From contig JBAZSF010000003.1 of the NCBI GenBank assembly GCA_041662525.1, positions 14,187 through 78,186 on the forward strand: 64,000 nucleotides of DNA, written 5' to 3'. A model generated the notes under the pieces. That model saw nothing but the letters and a program-made list of their open reading frames with translations, did not search any database and was not told where the DNA came from. The position numbers were made by a program, and so were the translations under genes. This document shows positions 1 through 9,574 of the stretch, piece by piece. Positions within the stretch are counted from its first letter, which is position 1. Every line of letters begins with the position of its first letter. The stretch comes from Minisyncoccota bacterium (GTDB lineage Bacteria; Patescibacteriota; Minisyncoccia; Phycocordibacterales; UBA9973).

Positions 1-134
1 CATCATTTGCACCCAATACTGACGCCCTTAACCAATTTAATTTTTTCCCTATTTTTTGATTATGAGGTTCAGTTCGTTTTTGAAAATTCTGTTGATTCAA
101 CATATATCCTATTATAACAAAAAAACTAATAAAT

Positions 135-2759
135 TTATTTTTTATTCAAAACCTTAATCCTATACATGAATAACCATTTAGTGAATTCAACTAATAAAAC
201 ATTTAAAATACACCAACAAACTACCAACCACATCCAAGACAGAGGCATAGGAGCTATATCAAACAAATTTCTTATAAAAGGAATCGACATTGTTGCAACA
301 AGAATGCCAACACCTATAATTATAGCCACATTTAATTTTTTATTTGAAAATGGATTATATGAAAATATCGGCTTGTATAAACTTCTAAAAGAAAAAGCTA
401 TGACTAAAATATAAATAGAAAAACAAACAAAGAAGATTGAACGAACTATTTTTATATCAATATTAAATTGTAATAATACGTAATATAGAAGAAATATTAA
501 AATAGAACTAATAGTTCCAAGACCAAAAGACAGCATCTTTACTTCCGTTGTTAATAATTGTTTTTTAAATGATTCCTTGTTTATCCCTTTATCCAAATTG
601 TCATCGTAAGCAAAAGCAAGGGCGGGTAAACTACCAGTAAATAAATTTACCCATATAATCTGAAGAGCAGTAATAGGTAAAGCCATATTCATAATAAAAC
701 TCCCTCCAATAATAAATATTGAGTCAAAAGCATTGGACATTAAATAAATAAAAGTTTTTCTTATGTTCGCGAGGATCCTTCTTCCCTCGTCTATCGCCAT
801 GCTAATAGTTTGAAAATTATCATCCAAAAGAACTAAATCTGAGGCACTTTGAGCAACATCGCTTCCAGAACTAAGAGAAATACCGATATCCATAGATTTC
901 AAAGCAGGAGCATCATTAACACCATCGCCCGTCATCGCTACTATTTCTCCCAGATCACGATATAGATTTCCTATTCGAAGCTTGTCTTCAGGAGTAACTC
1001 TGGCAAATATTTTAATATTTTTTATTACATCTTTTAGTTGAGAATCAGTCATCAAATGGATATCTTCACCAGTCAAAACATCCTCATCTGTTATGTTCCA
1101 TCCGATACTTCGAGCAACTGAGATAGCGGTTCCTTTTAAATCTCCAGTTATTATTACAATCTTGACTCCATGTGACTCTATGTTTTTAACAGCAAAAGGA
1201 ACTTCTTCTCTAATTGGATCAAAAAAAGAAAGAATGCCTTCAAATGAAACGTTTTTTATTAAATTTTTTTTAATATCTTCTATATTTTTTGTTTTAAAAG
1301 TTCCGAGAGCAATTAATCTTTTTCCATTTTTACTGGCATCCTCTATCCAAGATAAAATCTTTATATAGGTATCTTTATCTACATCTGACATTTTTAGCAA
1401 AATATCAGGAGCTCCCATAATAATATAATTGTCTCCATCTCTAGAAAGAGAAAATTTATTAGTTGAATTGAATGGTAGACATAAATTATTTTCTTCTATT
1501 AAGGTTTTACGTAAATGTATATTATGGCAAGTTGAGGCCTTTGCGATATTAACCTCAAAAGGATGCCCTGTAAAATTCCATTTTTTTTCAATATCATCTG
1601 GATTTTGGACCAAAACGTCTATGTTTTTTAGAGATAATTTAATAATTTCTTTTTGTGCATGTGATAGGTTGGTTATGTTTGATTCTGAATAAATTTCTTT
1701 TTTTAAAACATCAAAAGTATAAACACCTACAAGTTGCATATCTGCTTTGGTTAGAGTACCTGTTTTATCAGTCATGATCAAAGTAGTTGATCCTAAGGTT
1801 TCTGCTGCTGCTAATTTTCTAATGATTCCTTTCTTAGAAGCTATTCTCACTGCTCCAACTGAAAGGATGATAGTCAAAGCAATCGGTAACGATTCTGGAA
1901 CTGCTCCTACACCAATCGCTGCTGATAAAATCAACATTTGAAGTATCGGTTCTCCTCTTGAGACACCAAGAATAAAAATACACATCACAACAAAAATCAC
2001 TAATGTAAAAATATACCAAGACAATTGACCAACTCCTTTTTGAATCGGAGTTACCGCTCTATCAGTATTTGAAACTAGATCAGCGATTTTACCTAGTTCA
2101 GTATTAATTCCAGTTTCCACAACAACTGCCGCATCAAAACCTTCCACCACCAATGTCCCAGCATAAACCATATTTGTACGATCTGCCACCAAAGAAGATT
2201 CCTTTATTGTCTCTGATGTTTTTGTTACAAATTCTGATTCTCCAGTTAAAATAGATTCATCTACTTTAAAATTATTGGAAGAAATAACGCGGGCATCTGC
2301 AGGAACTCTGGAACCATAAGATAATTTAATAATGTCTCCCGGAACTAACAAAGAAGAATCGATTTCCTGTTCTTTTCCATCCCTAACTACACGAGATCTA
2401 TCTTTTATATAGGTAACTAATTTATCTAAAGTATTTTCTGCTTGATATTCACGATACAAACCAAGACCAACATTTATTAAAACTGTGCTCATTATAATAA
2501 TCGTATTAATCCATTCATGCAAAAATCCAGTTAAAATAGCAGCTCCAACCAATATAAAAATAAGAGGGCTTATTATTTGCTTAAGAGCCAAATCGACAAT
2601 GCTTATTATTTTTTTATTTTTAAATTTATTAAGTCCAAATATTTTTAAACGTTTCTCCGCTTCTTCTTGTTTTAATCCATTAATTGAGGTATCTAATCCT
2701 GTCAATACTTCTTCGGCGGTAAAAAACCAGGGTGTTTGTATTTTTATTTTTTCTTCCAT
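135..2759 (-). CDS. P-type cation-transporting ATPase (P2/Ca2+-Mg2+ type)
   Basis: 874-aa ORF with phosphorylation motif DKTGTLT and hinge motif TGDGVNDAPALK; about 10 TM segments. Confidence 0.9.
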   Translation of the reverse strand: MEEKIKIQTPWFFTAEEVLTGLDTSINGLKQEEAEKRLKIFGLNKFKNKKIISIVDLALKQIISPLIFILVGAAILTGFLHEWINTIIIMSTVLINVGLGLYREYQAENTLDKLVTYIKDRSRVVRDGKEQEIDSSLLVPGDIIKLSYGSRVPADARVISSNNFKVDESILTGESEFVTKTSETIKESSLVADRTNMVYAGTLVVEGFDAAVVVETGINTELGKIADLVSNTDRAVTPIQKGVGQLSWYIFTLVIFVVMCIFILGVSRGEPILQMLILSAAIGVGAVPESLPIALTIILSVGAVRIASKKGIIRKLAAAETLGSTTLIMTDKTGTLTKADMQLVGVYTFDVLKKEIYSESNITNLSHAQKEIIKLSLKNIDVLVQNPDDIEKKWNFTGHPFEVNIAKASTCHNIHLRKTLIEENNLCLPFNSTNKFSLSRDGDNYIIMGAPDILLKMSDVDKDTYIKILSWIEDASKNGKRLIALGTFKTKNIEDIKKNLIKNVSFEGILSFFDPIREEVPFAVKNIESHGVKIVIITGDLKGTAISVARSIGWNITDEDVLTGEDIHLMTDSQLKDVIKNIKIFARVTPEDKLRIGNLYRDLGEIVAMTGDGVNDAPALKSMDIGISLSSGSDVAQSASDLVLLDDNFQTISMAIDEGRRILANIRKTFIYLMSNAFDSIFIIGGSFIMNMALPITALQIIWVNLFTGSLPALAFAYDDNLDKGINKESFKKQLLTTEVKMLSFGLGTISSILIFLLYYVLLQFNIDIKIVRSIFFVCFSIYILVIAFSFRSLYKPIFSYNPFSNKKLNVAIIIGVGILVATMSIPFIRNLFDIAPMPLSWMWLVVCWCILNVLLVEFTKWLFMYRIKVLNKK

Positions 2760-2850
2760 AAATTCATTTTAACAAAAAGTTCCAATTTTTACTAAAACAA
2801 ATAAAATAACCTATATAAATTATAGTTCGTAATTTGGGCTCCGAACAATA

Positions 2851-3228
2851 TTACTTCACATCCACCACAACCTTAAACCCGCCGTAAGCAAAACGCTTCA
2901 TGTCAAAAGGCATGGGCATATTTTCATACTTTTTATCTTTACTCATCTCGGCAATGACTTTTTTATTTACCTGATCACGATGCGCCTTGGACTTATAGAC
3001 AATAAAAGAAAACCATACAGTTTCGGCTTTTCCCGCCTTTGCCATTTTTGGAAACGTGAGCGACGGAGTCCCGCCCATATTTGGGCTCATGTCATCACCC
3101 ATGCATTCCTTATAATCAAGAGCGCCATGTTTGAGCCAAACCCTAGCTCCCTCTCGCGCCATCTTGCGATAAGCAACGAAATTTTTCTTGGGCACCACTA
3201 GCACAAAACCATCTACATATTTTGCCAT
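2851..3228 (-). CDS. DUF1428 family protein
   Basis: 125 aa starting MAKYVDGFVLVVPKKNFVAYRKMA, typical of DUF1428 proteins (family recall from memory). Confidence 0.55.
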   Translation of the reverse strand: MAKYVDGFVLVVPKKNFVAYRKMAREGARVWLKHGALDYKECMGDDMSPNMGGTPSLTFPKMAKAGKAETVWFSFIVYKSKAHRDQVNKKVIAEMSKDKKYENMPMPFDMKRFAYGGFKVVVDVK

Positions 3229-3255
3229 AAAATTATTATTAGTTATTATTAATCC

Positions 3256-3648
3256 TTACAATATAACGGGCTGCAACATGCCCACTTGGTTGCCTTCGGT
3301 GTCTTTAAACATTACAAATTTACCAATACCGGATATGTCCATTACTTCTCCTACTGTCTCACCGCCGGCTTTATTAACAATATCCATATGCTCTTTAAGA
3401 TTATCCACTGAAATAACAACATGGGGAATTGTTCCGTAATCACCTTTTTTAAAAAAACCACCGTTTATCGCTCCCTTGTTAATATGCATATTGTTTTTGT
3501 CCACGGGAGAAGTGGTCGCTAAAAGATAATCTTTCATATCAGGGCCGAGCTGAGTCATTTTCCAACCAAAAACACTCTCATAAAATTTTTTAACCCGAGT
3601 ATTGTCTTCAACTGGCATTTCAAAATGTACCACAGGATTCATTTTCAT
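3256..3648 (-). CDS. VOC/glyoxalase-bleomycin resistance family protein
   Basis: 130 aa; N-terminal VHFEMPVED..KKFYESVFGW pattern of the glyoxalase/VOC fold. Confidence 0.65.
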   Translation of the reverse strand: MKMNPVVHFEMPVEDNTRVKKFYESVFGWKMTQLGPDMKDYLLATTSPVDKNNMHINKGAINGGFFKKGDYGTIPHVVISVDNLKEHMDIVNKAGGETVGEVMDISGIGKFVMFKDTEGNQVGMLQPVIL

Positions 3649-3850
3649 ATATTTTTTTTAATTATTCTATTAATAATAAGAAAATAATAAAATACAATTG
3701 TTAAAATAAGATTAAAATTAAAATAAATGCAGATTATATAACTAGATTCTTGCAAAAGAAAAAAATGGATTTCCTTTTTCCTTTTTTTAATACTAAATTA
3801 ATCTTTGATTGATACGATTCATTTATTATTATAAATTTAACATTTTTAAG

Positions 3851-4555
3851 ATGAATAAAAATAAAATGTATTACTATGGGGGTGGGTTGATTGTTGTTTT
3901 AATTATTATTGCAGGTTTAATATATTCATATTCAACACAGCAAAAAAAAGATCTCGTTGATGCTGTCTCGCAAAAAGCGATGACTTTTTTTGTGACTAGT
4001 GTTAATCCAGGAAAAGGAGCTGACCTTGGAGGATTGTCCGGAGCAGACAACTATTGCCAATCACTTGCGCAATCTGCTGGCGTGGGGAATCTTACCTGGC
4101 GCGCATATTTGAGCACTACTGCCACTGGAGGATCCTCTGTTGTAAATGCACGTGATCGTATTGGAAATGGTCCTTGGAAAAATTTTGCAGGAATTACTAT
4201 TGCTAATAACTTAGATGAGTTACATGGAATTAACAACATCAACAAACTGACAGCTTTGACTGAAAAAGGCGCGACAATAAACGGACGTGGGGACACTCCA
4301 AATTTGCATGATATTTTGACTGGTTCTGGAATGGACGGCAGAATAATCCCCGGAGAAGCCGATACTACTTGCGGTAATTGGACAAAAAGTGGAGACGGAG
4401 CAGCTATGCTGGGACATCACGACAGAATAGGAACCAGTGACACCGAAGCGGCTAGATCATGGAATTCATCTCATCTCTCACGTGGTTGCAGTTTGGATGC
4501 TTTAGCTAGTTCTGGTGGTGGAGGACTGTTCTATTGTTTTGCAATAACAAAATAG
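3851..4555 (+). CDS. membrane-anchored/secreted Cys-containing protein, unknown function
   Basis: ORF 3809-4555. A likely start is ATG at 3851, followed by a hydrophobic helix. Conserved-looking motifs include TCGNWTKSGDG and GHHDRIG, and the C-terminus is FYCFA. Local GC is visibly higher than surrounding DNA. Confidence 0.45.
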   Translation: MNKNKMYYYGGGLIVVLIIIAGLIYSYSTQQKKDLVDAVSQKAMTFFVTSVNPGKGADLGGLSGADNYCQSLAQSAGVGNLTWRAYLSTTATGGSSVVNARDRIGNGPWKNFAGITIANNLDELHGINNINKLTALTEKGATINGRGDTPNLHDILTGSGMDGRIIPGEADTTCGNWTKSGDGAAMLGHHDRIGTSDTEAARSWNSSHLSRGCSLDALASSGGGGLFYCFAITK

Positions 4556-4657
4556 TAATTATTAATTTAAACTTTTTGTTTTATTTTATCTCCACTCTCT
4601 TAAAATATTAAATTTGGACACAACTATAAAACATAGACGATATTCTAATAAATATCG

Positions 4658-5308
4658 TTAAGGGCAGACAAACTCACAATTAGGACCAGTGCGCCCAACA
4701 TAAGAACCATCAGGGCATTGTTTAGCATCCGCAGTGCAAGCAACAGGTTCTTTTGTTTTTGGTCTATCTGGCAAATTAATTTTGACTTTATCATTAATAA
4801 CTTTATCATTTAAAACTTCACAATCTATTTGTGACATCTGAAACCCTGTAGTTAATTTTGTTTCATCTTTATATAAATAAACCCCATCTCCTCTATCAAC
4901 CATTTCTCCAAAAAAAGCAACGGCACTTCCTTCACCAAATTCAATTTTTAATTGTTCTGTCACATTCATACCTTCAGCGAAAGAATCCCACCAGACATCG
5001 GCGATACGTCCGCTAATCTTGGGGTCCATTTTGCCAACCATCCCATTAAATTTTCCAATCTTGCTATCTTTTTCGGCTGGAAGATTTTGATATTCACCAG
5101 TTACTTTATCACTTAAAATACTCATTTTAAGCCAGGCGCGATCAATAAGACCACTTGCAGTGTCTTTAGAATACTGATAACACATAGCGATAGGTTCTGG
5201 TGTTAGATCGTTTTGGATTATTTCTGACTTTTTATTTTTAAAAAGAAAAACAAAAATCACGACCAAAATAAGAACAATGATAGCTATATAAATTAGTATT
5301 TTTTTCAT
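4658..5308 (-). CDS. membrane-anchored hypothetical protein, Cys-rich C-terminus
   Basis: 216 aa with an N-terminal TM helix; C-terminal CTADAKQCPDGSYVGRTGPNCEFVCP. Confidence 0.45.
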   Translation of the reverse strand: MKKILIYIAIIVLILVVIFVFLFKNKKSEIIQNDLTPEPIAMCYQYSKDTASGLIDRAWLKMSILSDKVTGEYQNLPAEKDSKIGKFNGMVGKMDPKISGRIADVWWDSFAEGMNVTEQLKIEFGEGSAVAFFGEMVDRGDGVYLYKDETKLTTGFQMSQIDCEVLNDKVINDKVKINLPDRPKTKEPVACTADAKQCPDGSYVGRTGPNCEFVCP

Positions 5309-5510
5309 AACACAATTCTATCACAAATTTGAACTTCTACTAAGAAGGGTAAAAAAACTAATTCTGATGCAAAGAATGGTTATTTATACAGCTTCTTTGT
5401 ATATTGGAATGATTTTTTAATAAGTGTAAAGAGTAATTTTTGATTCATATTGGAAAGTTTACTTATGTATAAACATCCTTTACTTGTTTTATGTTTCCCA
5501 AGTTTTGTTT

Positions 5511-6245
5511 CTAAGATTTTTGAGATGTTTCCAGCAACGACGCTTCAGAACAAACTTTCGTTAAATTCCAAGAACGCTTGAACATAGTGCCAACAAGTAT
5601 GCCAGACACAATTAGCGTGAGCCAGTTGATTGACATGACAGCAACCTCGAATCGGTACTCTCTGTTTATTCCGTAAAAAATTGAAATTAATATAAAAGTT
5701 ATAAGTGTAAGAACAAAGCTTCCAATAAATATTGAGCGAATTACCCTTTCAAGTCTGCTTTTCGAAAAGACCGGGGCCATGAACAAGAAAGATACGCCCA
5801 TAAGGATAAAACCGAGTTCTTCAAGAGCGATAAAAATTCCATGAGGGTTATATTGTGTAATGAGCGCAATTCCGTCAAATTCGCCATTGAGCAAACTCGG
5901 CTGAACGACGGATAGTTGGATAAAATAATTGGCTAGTAGTATCAATGCTGACATAATGGCAAAAGATAAGCCCACTTGACTGAATGTTTTCTTTTCACTA
6001 TCCGCTTGGCGATGAATACAGGTCATGAAGATGATATAAAGCAAAAGCCATACGATAGCACAATACATCCAGATGTAATCTGCGGGGAAACGCAATACCA
6101 TATCGAGGTAGGGATATTTAAAACATGAACCAACACAAAAAGGTCCTGATAAGGGTTCGGTTAAGTAAGCAACTATAAAAGTGATCACTGTTGCCGTTCC
6201 TGTCAGTATTGAAATGTAGAAACCGATGCGATTATTCATAATCAT
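5511..6245 (-). CDS. polytopic membrane protein
   Basis: 244 aa with multiple hydrophobic segments; overlaps the next ORF by 14 nt, as in an operon. Confidence 0.45.
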   Translation of the reverse strand: MIMNNRIGFYISILTGTATVITFIVAYLTEPLSGPFCVGSCFKYPYLDMVLRFPADYIWMYCAIVWLLLYIIFMTCIHRQADSEKKTFSQVGLSFAIMSALILLANYFIQLSVVQPSLLNGEFDGIALITQYNPHGIFIALEELGFILMGVSFLFMAPVFSKSRLERVIRSIFIGSFVLTLITFILISIFYGINREYRFEVAVMSINWLTLIVSGILVGTMFKRSWNLTKVCSEASLLETSQKS

Positions 6246-6660
6246 TTTTATTTACATAATTGGAATTAAGCTTGAAAACTTTCCACGCAAAATATATAAG
6301 CACTATTGAAACAACTGCACCAATACCTTCAATCATTGAATAAAGCGGGGTTGCCACTTCAGGCTGTAGCAGATGGATCTGATCAGCAATTACAAAAAAA
6401 ATATTAAAGACCGCTGCGATTATTGCAAAATACGCTCCAAGCTTGGGACGTTTGTAGATCAAAGGTATGGCAGATATTTCGATTATTAAAATGACAAAAA
6501 AGTATGCCAGCCAAAGGAGAGAAACATTATTCTGCGGTCTTGTCTCAAACCCGATTGGCGGAGGAAATTCAAGTGCGGTAATAATGAGAGTAGCGATAGT
6601 GGAGCCAACAACTCCTCGCTTTGCCCATTTAAGATTTAAAATACTTTCACTTTTCAACAT
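6232..6660 (-). CDS. small polytopic membrane protein (DoxX-like?)
   Basis: 142 aa with 4 predicted TM segments. Confidence 0.4.
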   Translation of the reverse strand: MLKSESILNLKWAKRGVVGSTIATLIITALEFPPPIGFETRPQNNVSLLWLAYFFVILIIEISAIPLIYKRPKLGAYFAIIAAVFNIFFVIADQIHLLQPEVATPLYSMIEGIGAVVSIVLIYFAWKVFKLNSNYVNKNDYE

Positions 6661-6734
6661 AAAAATATTATATCATAAGTTTAAACTATTATTAAAGTAG
6701 ACAATAAACCTTGTATTATAAGTTTAAAAACTTG

Positions 6735-6751
6735 CTCCGGGGGTAGGGATA
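6735..6751 (-). repeat. 17-nt direct copy of the tRNA-Asn 3' end (T-stem/acceptor), possible att remnant
   Basis: gctccgggggtagggat at 6735-6751 is identical to 6920-6936 in the tRNA-Asn 3' exon, 166 bp downstream of the tRNA. Confidence 0.5.
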
Positions 6752-6957
6752 TCTTTCCTTACAGGAACAGTATACCTTTTGTACTTTTTTCTCCCGCCAC
6801 AGCGGAATCAAAAAGACACAAAAGCTTTTCGCTCCCTACACGAAAATAAAGCAGTTTATTTTCTCCCCGGAGCCGTAAAAAGTAAAACGCCTGCTTTCGC
6901 AGACGTTAAACTTTTTTGGCTCCGGGGGTAGGGATCGAACCTACGACCAATCGCTTA

Positions 6958-7533
6958 CACTTTATCTCCTATTGCTAGAAGTGTGGACTATATCATCTTC
7001 ATATCTTTTTTAAAAAAGACTTAGAAGCAAGGCGCTTCCACCGACAACTTGTCGATGTACTCCAATAAATGGATAGTCTCTACACCTTCCCTAACACAAT
7101 GTTAGGGCTTGGCTCGGGATTACCCTGAGAGTTTGTCTCGAAGGGCTTCCCCGAATTCACCTTGTTTTTCAACCTACCTTTCAATAGGAAGCTGCGTAAT
7201 ACCTTCATGTATTTCCATATGACAATTTGCACACAAGAGAACGCATTTTTCAATTTCTTTTTTAATACGTTCCCAAGATCTCGTTAACCCCCTAGAAGAA
7301 AGATCAAATTCTTTTTCTTTTGGATTAATGTGATGAAAGCTTAAAGCTCTCTGACATTTCTTATAGCCACATAAAATACATTTACCGCCTTTATGATCTC
7401 TAGCCATTTCACGAAGTTTTTTTCTTCTTCGGCTAACAGCTAAAACCATATATTCTCGACGATCGGCATAGGTTCTGGTTTCTACTCTTTTCTTTTTGGT
7501 ATACACAAGTAGATTATACCACAAACCTCTGAC
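6958..7533 (-). mobile_element. group I self-splicing intron (IC3-like core) carrying an HNH endonuclease ORF
   Basis: A 576-nt insertion sits between anticodon-loop nucleotides. The 5' exon ends in U and the intron ends in G. The 3' 216 nt contain AAUCCCGAGCCAAGCC and GGGAAGGUGUAGAGACUA ... UAAGUC (P7-like GACUA/UAGUC), resembling cyanobacterial tRNA-Leu group I introns (from memory). Confidence 0.7.
7174..7449 (-). CDS. HNH homing endonuclease (intron-encoded)
   Basis: Motifs CILCGYKKCQ ... HHINP ... CANCHMEIH give an HNH zinc-finger nuclease signature. The ORF track starts at a TTG (7524); the first ATG gives 91 aa. The ORF lies wholly inside the intron. Confidence 0.75.
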   Translation of the reverse strand: MVLAVSRRRKKLREMARDHKGGKCILCGYKKCQRALSFHHINPKEKEFDLSSRGLTRSWERIKKEIEKCVLLCANCHMEIHEGITQLPIER

Positions 7534-7690
7534 ACAGGCGACCGCTCTACCGCTGAGCTACCCCGGAATTTATTTATCTTTAAAAAGAACTTTTCTTATA
7601 GTAACAGAAATTTAAGAAAAAACAAATTGAAAAATTACTATTATGGTTTGCATTTTAAACAAAATAAGGTAGAATAGTTTTGTTAGATAA

Positions 7691-7766
7691 GGGCCCATAG
7701 CTCATCTGGTAGAGCGCCTCATTTGCAATGAGGAGGTAAGGAGTTCGAGTCTCCTTGGGTCCACCA
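7691..7766 (+). tRNA. tRNA-Ala(UGC)
   Basis: 76-nt cloverleaf GGGCCCATAGCTCATCTGGTAGAGCGCCTCATTTGCAATGAGG...TTCGAGT...TGGGTCCACCA with anticodon TGC and the G3-U70 Ala identity pair; CCA is encoded. Confidence 0.9.
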
Positions 7767-8628
7767 TAGAAGACTCAACAGGCAGAAATGCCTGTTTTGT
7801 TTTGAAAACACAAGCTACTTCTCTTGTTCCAAATATTTTATTTTCAAACGTCAGACCTTGGGGAAATTGGAACTCCTGTAATTTAATTTTTATGCTTATA
7901 TTTTTTATTGCAGACCATATTTTACTTGGCTGTTTTAAATATTCTTCCATAAATTCAATCATCTTTTCATAATCAGCATCACTATTGGGAATATTAAAAA
8001 GCGAAGAACTCGTTTCCATTAATTTAATTTCTATAATTTCTAATTGTTGCTTCAATATATTGTCATTAATTACCCCATCAAGATTTTTCTTAATTATTGC
8101 AGACTGTCTTTCATTTAATTCTTGTATACATTTTTGTAATTTCTCTGCTTCTTTTCTTTTTTCAGAAGTTGCTTTAATAAGATTATCTCGCACAAGTATT
8201 TTTAACTTTTGATAATGTTTCTCATCCAGTCCATATCTATCCATATATTCTCTAAAACTTTTTTCAAATTCATCTCTTGGGTAGCTTGATTTTTCATTCC
8301 CAAAACGATAAAAAGGATATTTTTTGCCACTTCCACTAGTAGACCAACTTCCTGTTAACACCTTACCATCATTATTTTTTACAAACTTACGAAGAGGAAA
8401 ATCTGGGTGATTTTTAAGATAAGCAGAGTGCTTACGTCCTCTACTTTTTAAAACCCTTTGCACTTGATTAAAAAGTTCTTCTGAAATAATGGGTTTAAAA
8501 TTACCCTTGTGCTTCTCCCCAAACTTTACAATCCATCCCGCAAAAAGTTCATTGGTAAGCATTGAATAAAAATATCCTTTTGAGAAAGGCTTACCTTTTT
8601 TATTCAATAAGCCCTCTTTTACCATCAT
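7702..8628 (-). pseudogene. large serine recombinase C-terminal part (recombinase domain, degenerate Zn ribbon, coiled coil); frameshifted relative to the N-terminal fragment
   Basis: Motifs GKPFSKGYFYSMLTNELFAGWIV and FKPIISEELFNQVQ are typical of the serine-integrase recombinase domain. The zinc-ribbon cysteines are absent. The frame is open from about 8700 and overlaps the N-terminal ORF frame. The last 21 codons are antisense to tRNA-Ala. Confidence 0.7.
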
Positions 8629-8657
8629 TCTTCGTACTTCTTCTGTTGGATAAGTAT

Positions 8658-9254
8658 TTAAGGCAATAAGTTCAAATGTTTGAGTATTAAAGGAGACATT
8701 ATTTCATCCTGTGCAATAGTAGCTCTACCCGCTACTTGAACGTTCTTATAACCCACTGTAGCCATCCAAACATAGCGACCATCTCTCATAGCATCTTTCA
8801 TTCCACCTGCACAACGTTCTGCACGTACATCATTATCAAACTGTGCTACGTTAGCAAACATATTTTCCATAAATTTACCTTGTGCTGTATCTTCAAAATA
8901 CTCTGAAGTAGATTTAATCTCTATCCCATATTTTTTAAAGAAAAGGCGAAGATGGCTGTAATCTTCAACACTGCGAGAAAGACGGTCTACTTTATATATA
9001 ACAACTACTCCTACCCTATTCTTTTTATCTGAGCAAAAAGCCAGAAGTTTTTGAAGCTCCGTTCTATTTGCTGTTTTTGCACTCTCCCCCTGTTCAATAA
9101 AAATCTCCGTAATATCATAATCATTTTTAAAACAATATTCCCTACAGATTTTTTCTTGTGTACTCAAACTATTACCTTCATCAACCTGCTCCTTTGTAGA
9201 AACTCTCACATATATTACTGCTCTTTTTTTAACTACATTGTTTACTAAGTTCAT
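8658..9254 (-). CDS. large serine recombinase, N-terminal catalytic (resolvase) domain fragment
   Basis: AVIYVRVSTKEQ catalytic Ser motif and resolvase-domain architecture. Ends just before the next ORF, in an overlapping frame. Confidence 0.85.
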   Translation of the reverse strand: MNLVNNVVKKRAVIYVRVSTKEQVDEGNSLSTQEKICREYCFKNDYDITEIFIEQGESAKTANRTELQKLLAFCSDKKNRVGVVVIYKVDRLSRSVEDYSHLRLFFKKYGIEIKSTSEYFEDTAQGKFMENMFANVAQFDNDVRAERCAGGMKDAMRDGRYVWMATVGYKNVQVAGRATIAQDEIMSPLILKHLNLLP

Positions 9255-9465
9255 ATTCTTTTTTATCCAAAAACGCCTCCACTAAAATATTTGCCAAATA
9301 GTTTAATGATTCATTTTCAGAAGAGTTATTATTAATATCTTCTACACACCAAGATTGAGAATAAATAACTTTCTTATCACATTGATTTATTAAATTCTCG
9401 TTTCCAACACTAATACTTTTCTCAATGATTTCATCAACATTGATATTTTCTTTTACAAAATTCAT
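9229..9465 (-). CDS. hypothetical protein
   Basis: 78-aa ORF with no recognisable motifs. Confidence 0.3.
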   Translation of the reverse strand: MNFVKENINVDEIIEKSISVGNENLINQCDKKVIYSQSWCVEDINNNSSENESLNYLANILVEAFLDKKEYELSKQCS

Positions 9466-9574
9466 TTACTACATCATTCTTTTAATCTCTAGCTGTCTAT
9501 GCAATGCAAGGATTTCTAAATTAGATTAATAAAAAAATCTTTCCCACAAAGAAAAGATTTTCGACATTATCTTT

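Larger units (their letters stand above)
6917..7567 (-). tRNA. tRNA-Asn(GUU) interrupted in the anticodon loop by a group I intron (exons 7534-7567 and 6917-6957)
   Basis: Reverse complement reads a 5' exon TCCGGGGTAGCTCAGCGGTAGAGCGGTCGCCTGT and a 3' exon TAAGCGATTGGTCGTAGGTTCGATCCCTACCCCCGGAGCCA. Together they fold as a canonical cloverleaf with loop CUGUUAA, U1-A72, G73 and an encoded CCA, as in E. coli tRNA-Asn. The alternative junction (after U33) would give Thr(UGU). Confidence 0.7.

Noticed and set aside
7450-7524. Longer HNH ORF starting at 7524
   Set aside because: The codon at 7524 is TTG, and the first 25 codons overlap the intron 5' end and P1 region. The ATG at 7449 is the more plausible start.
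7702-7766. C-terminal ...VDPRRLELLTSSLQMRRSTR of the recombinase ORF
   Set aside because: These codons are the antisense reading of tRNA-Ala. They likely do not belong to the native protein, or reflect the int-att overlap.
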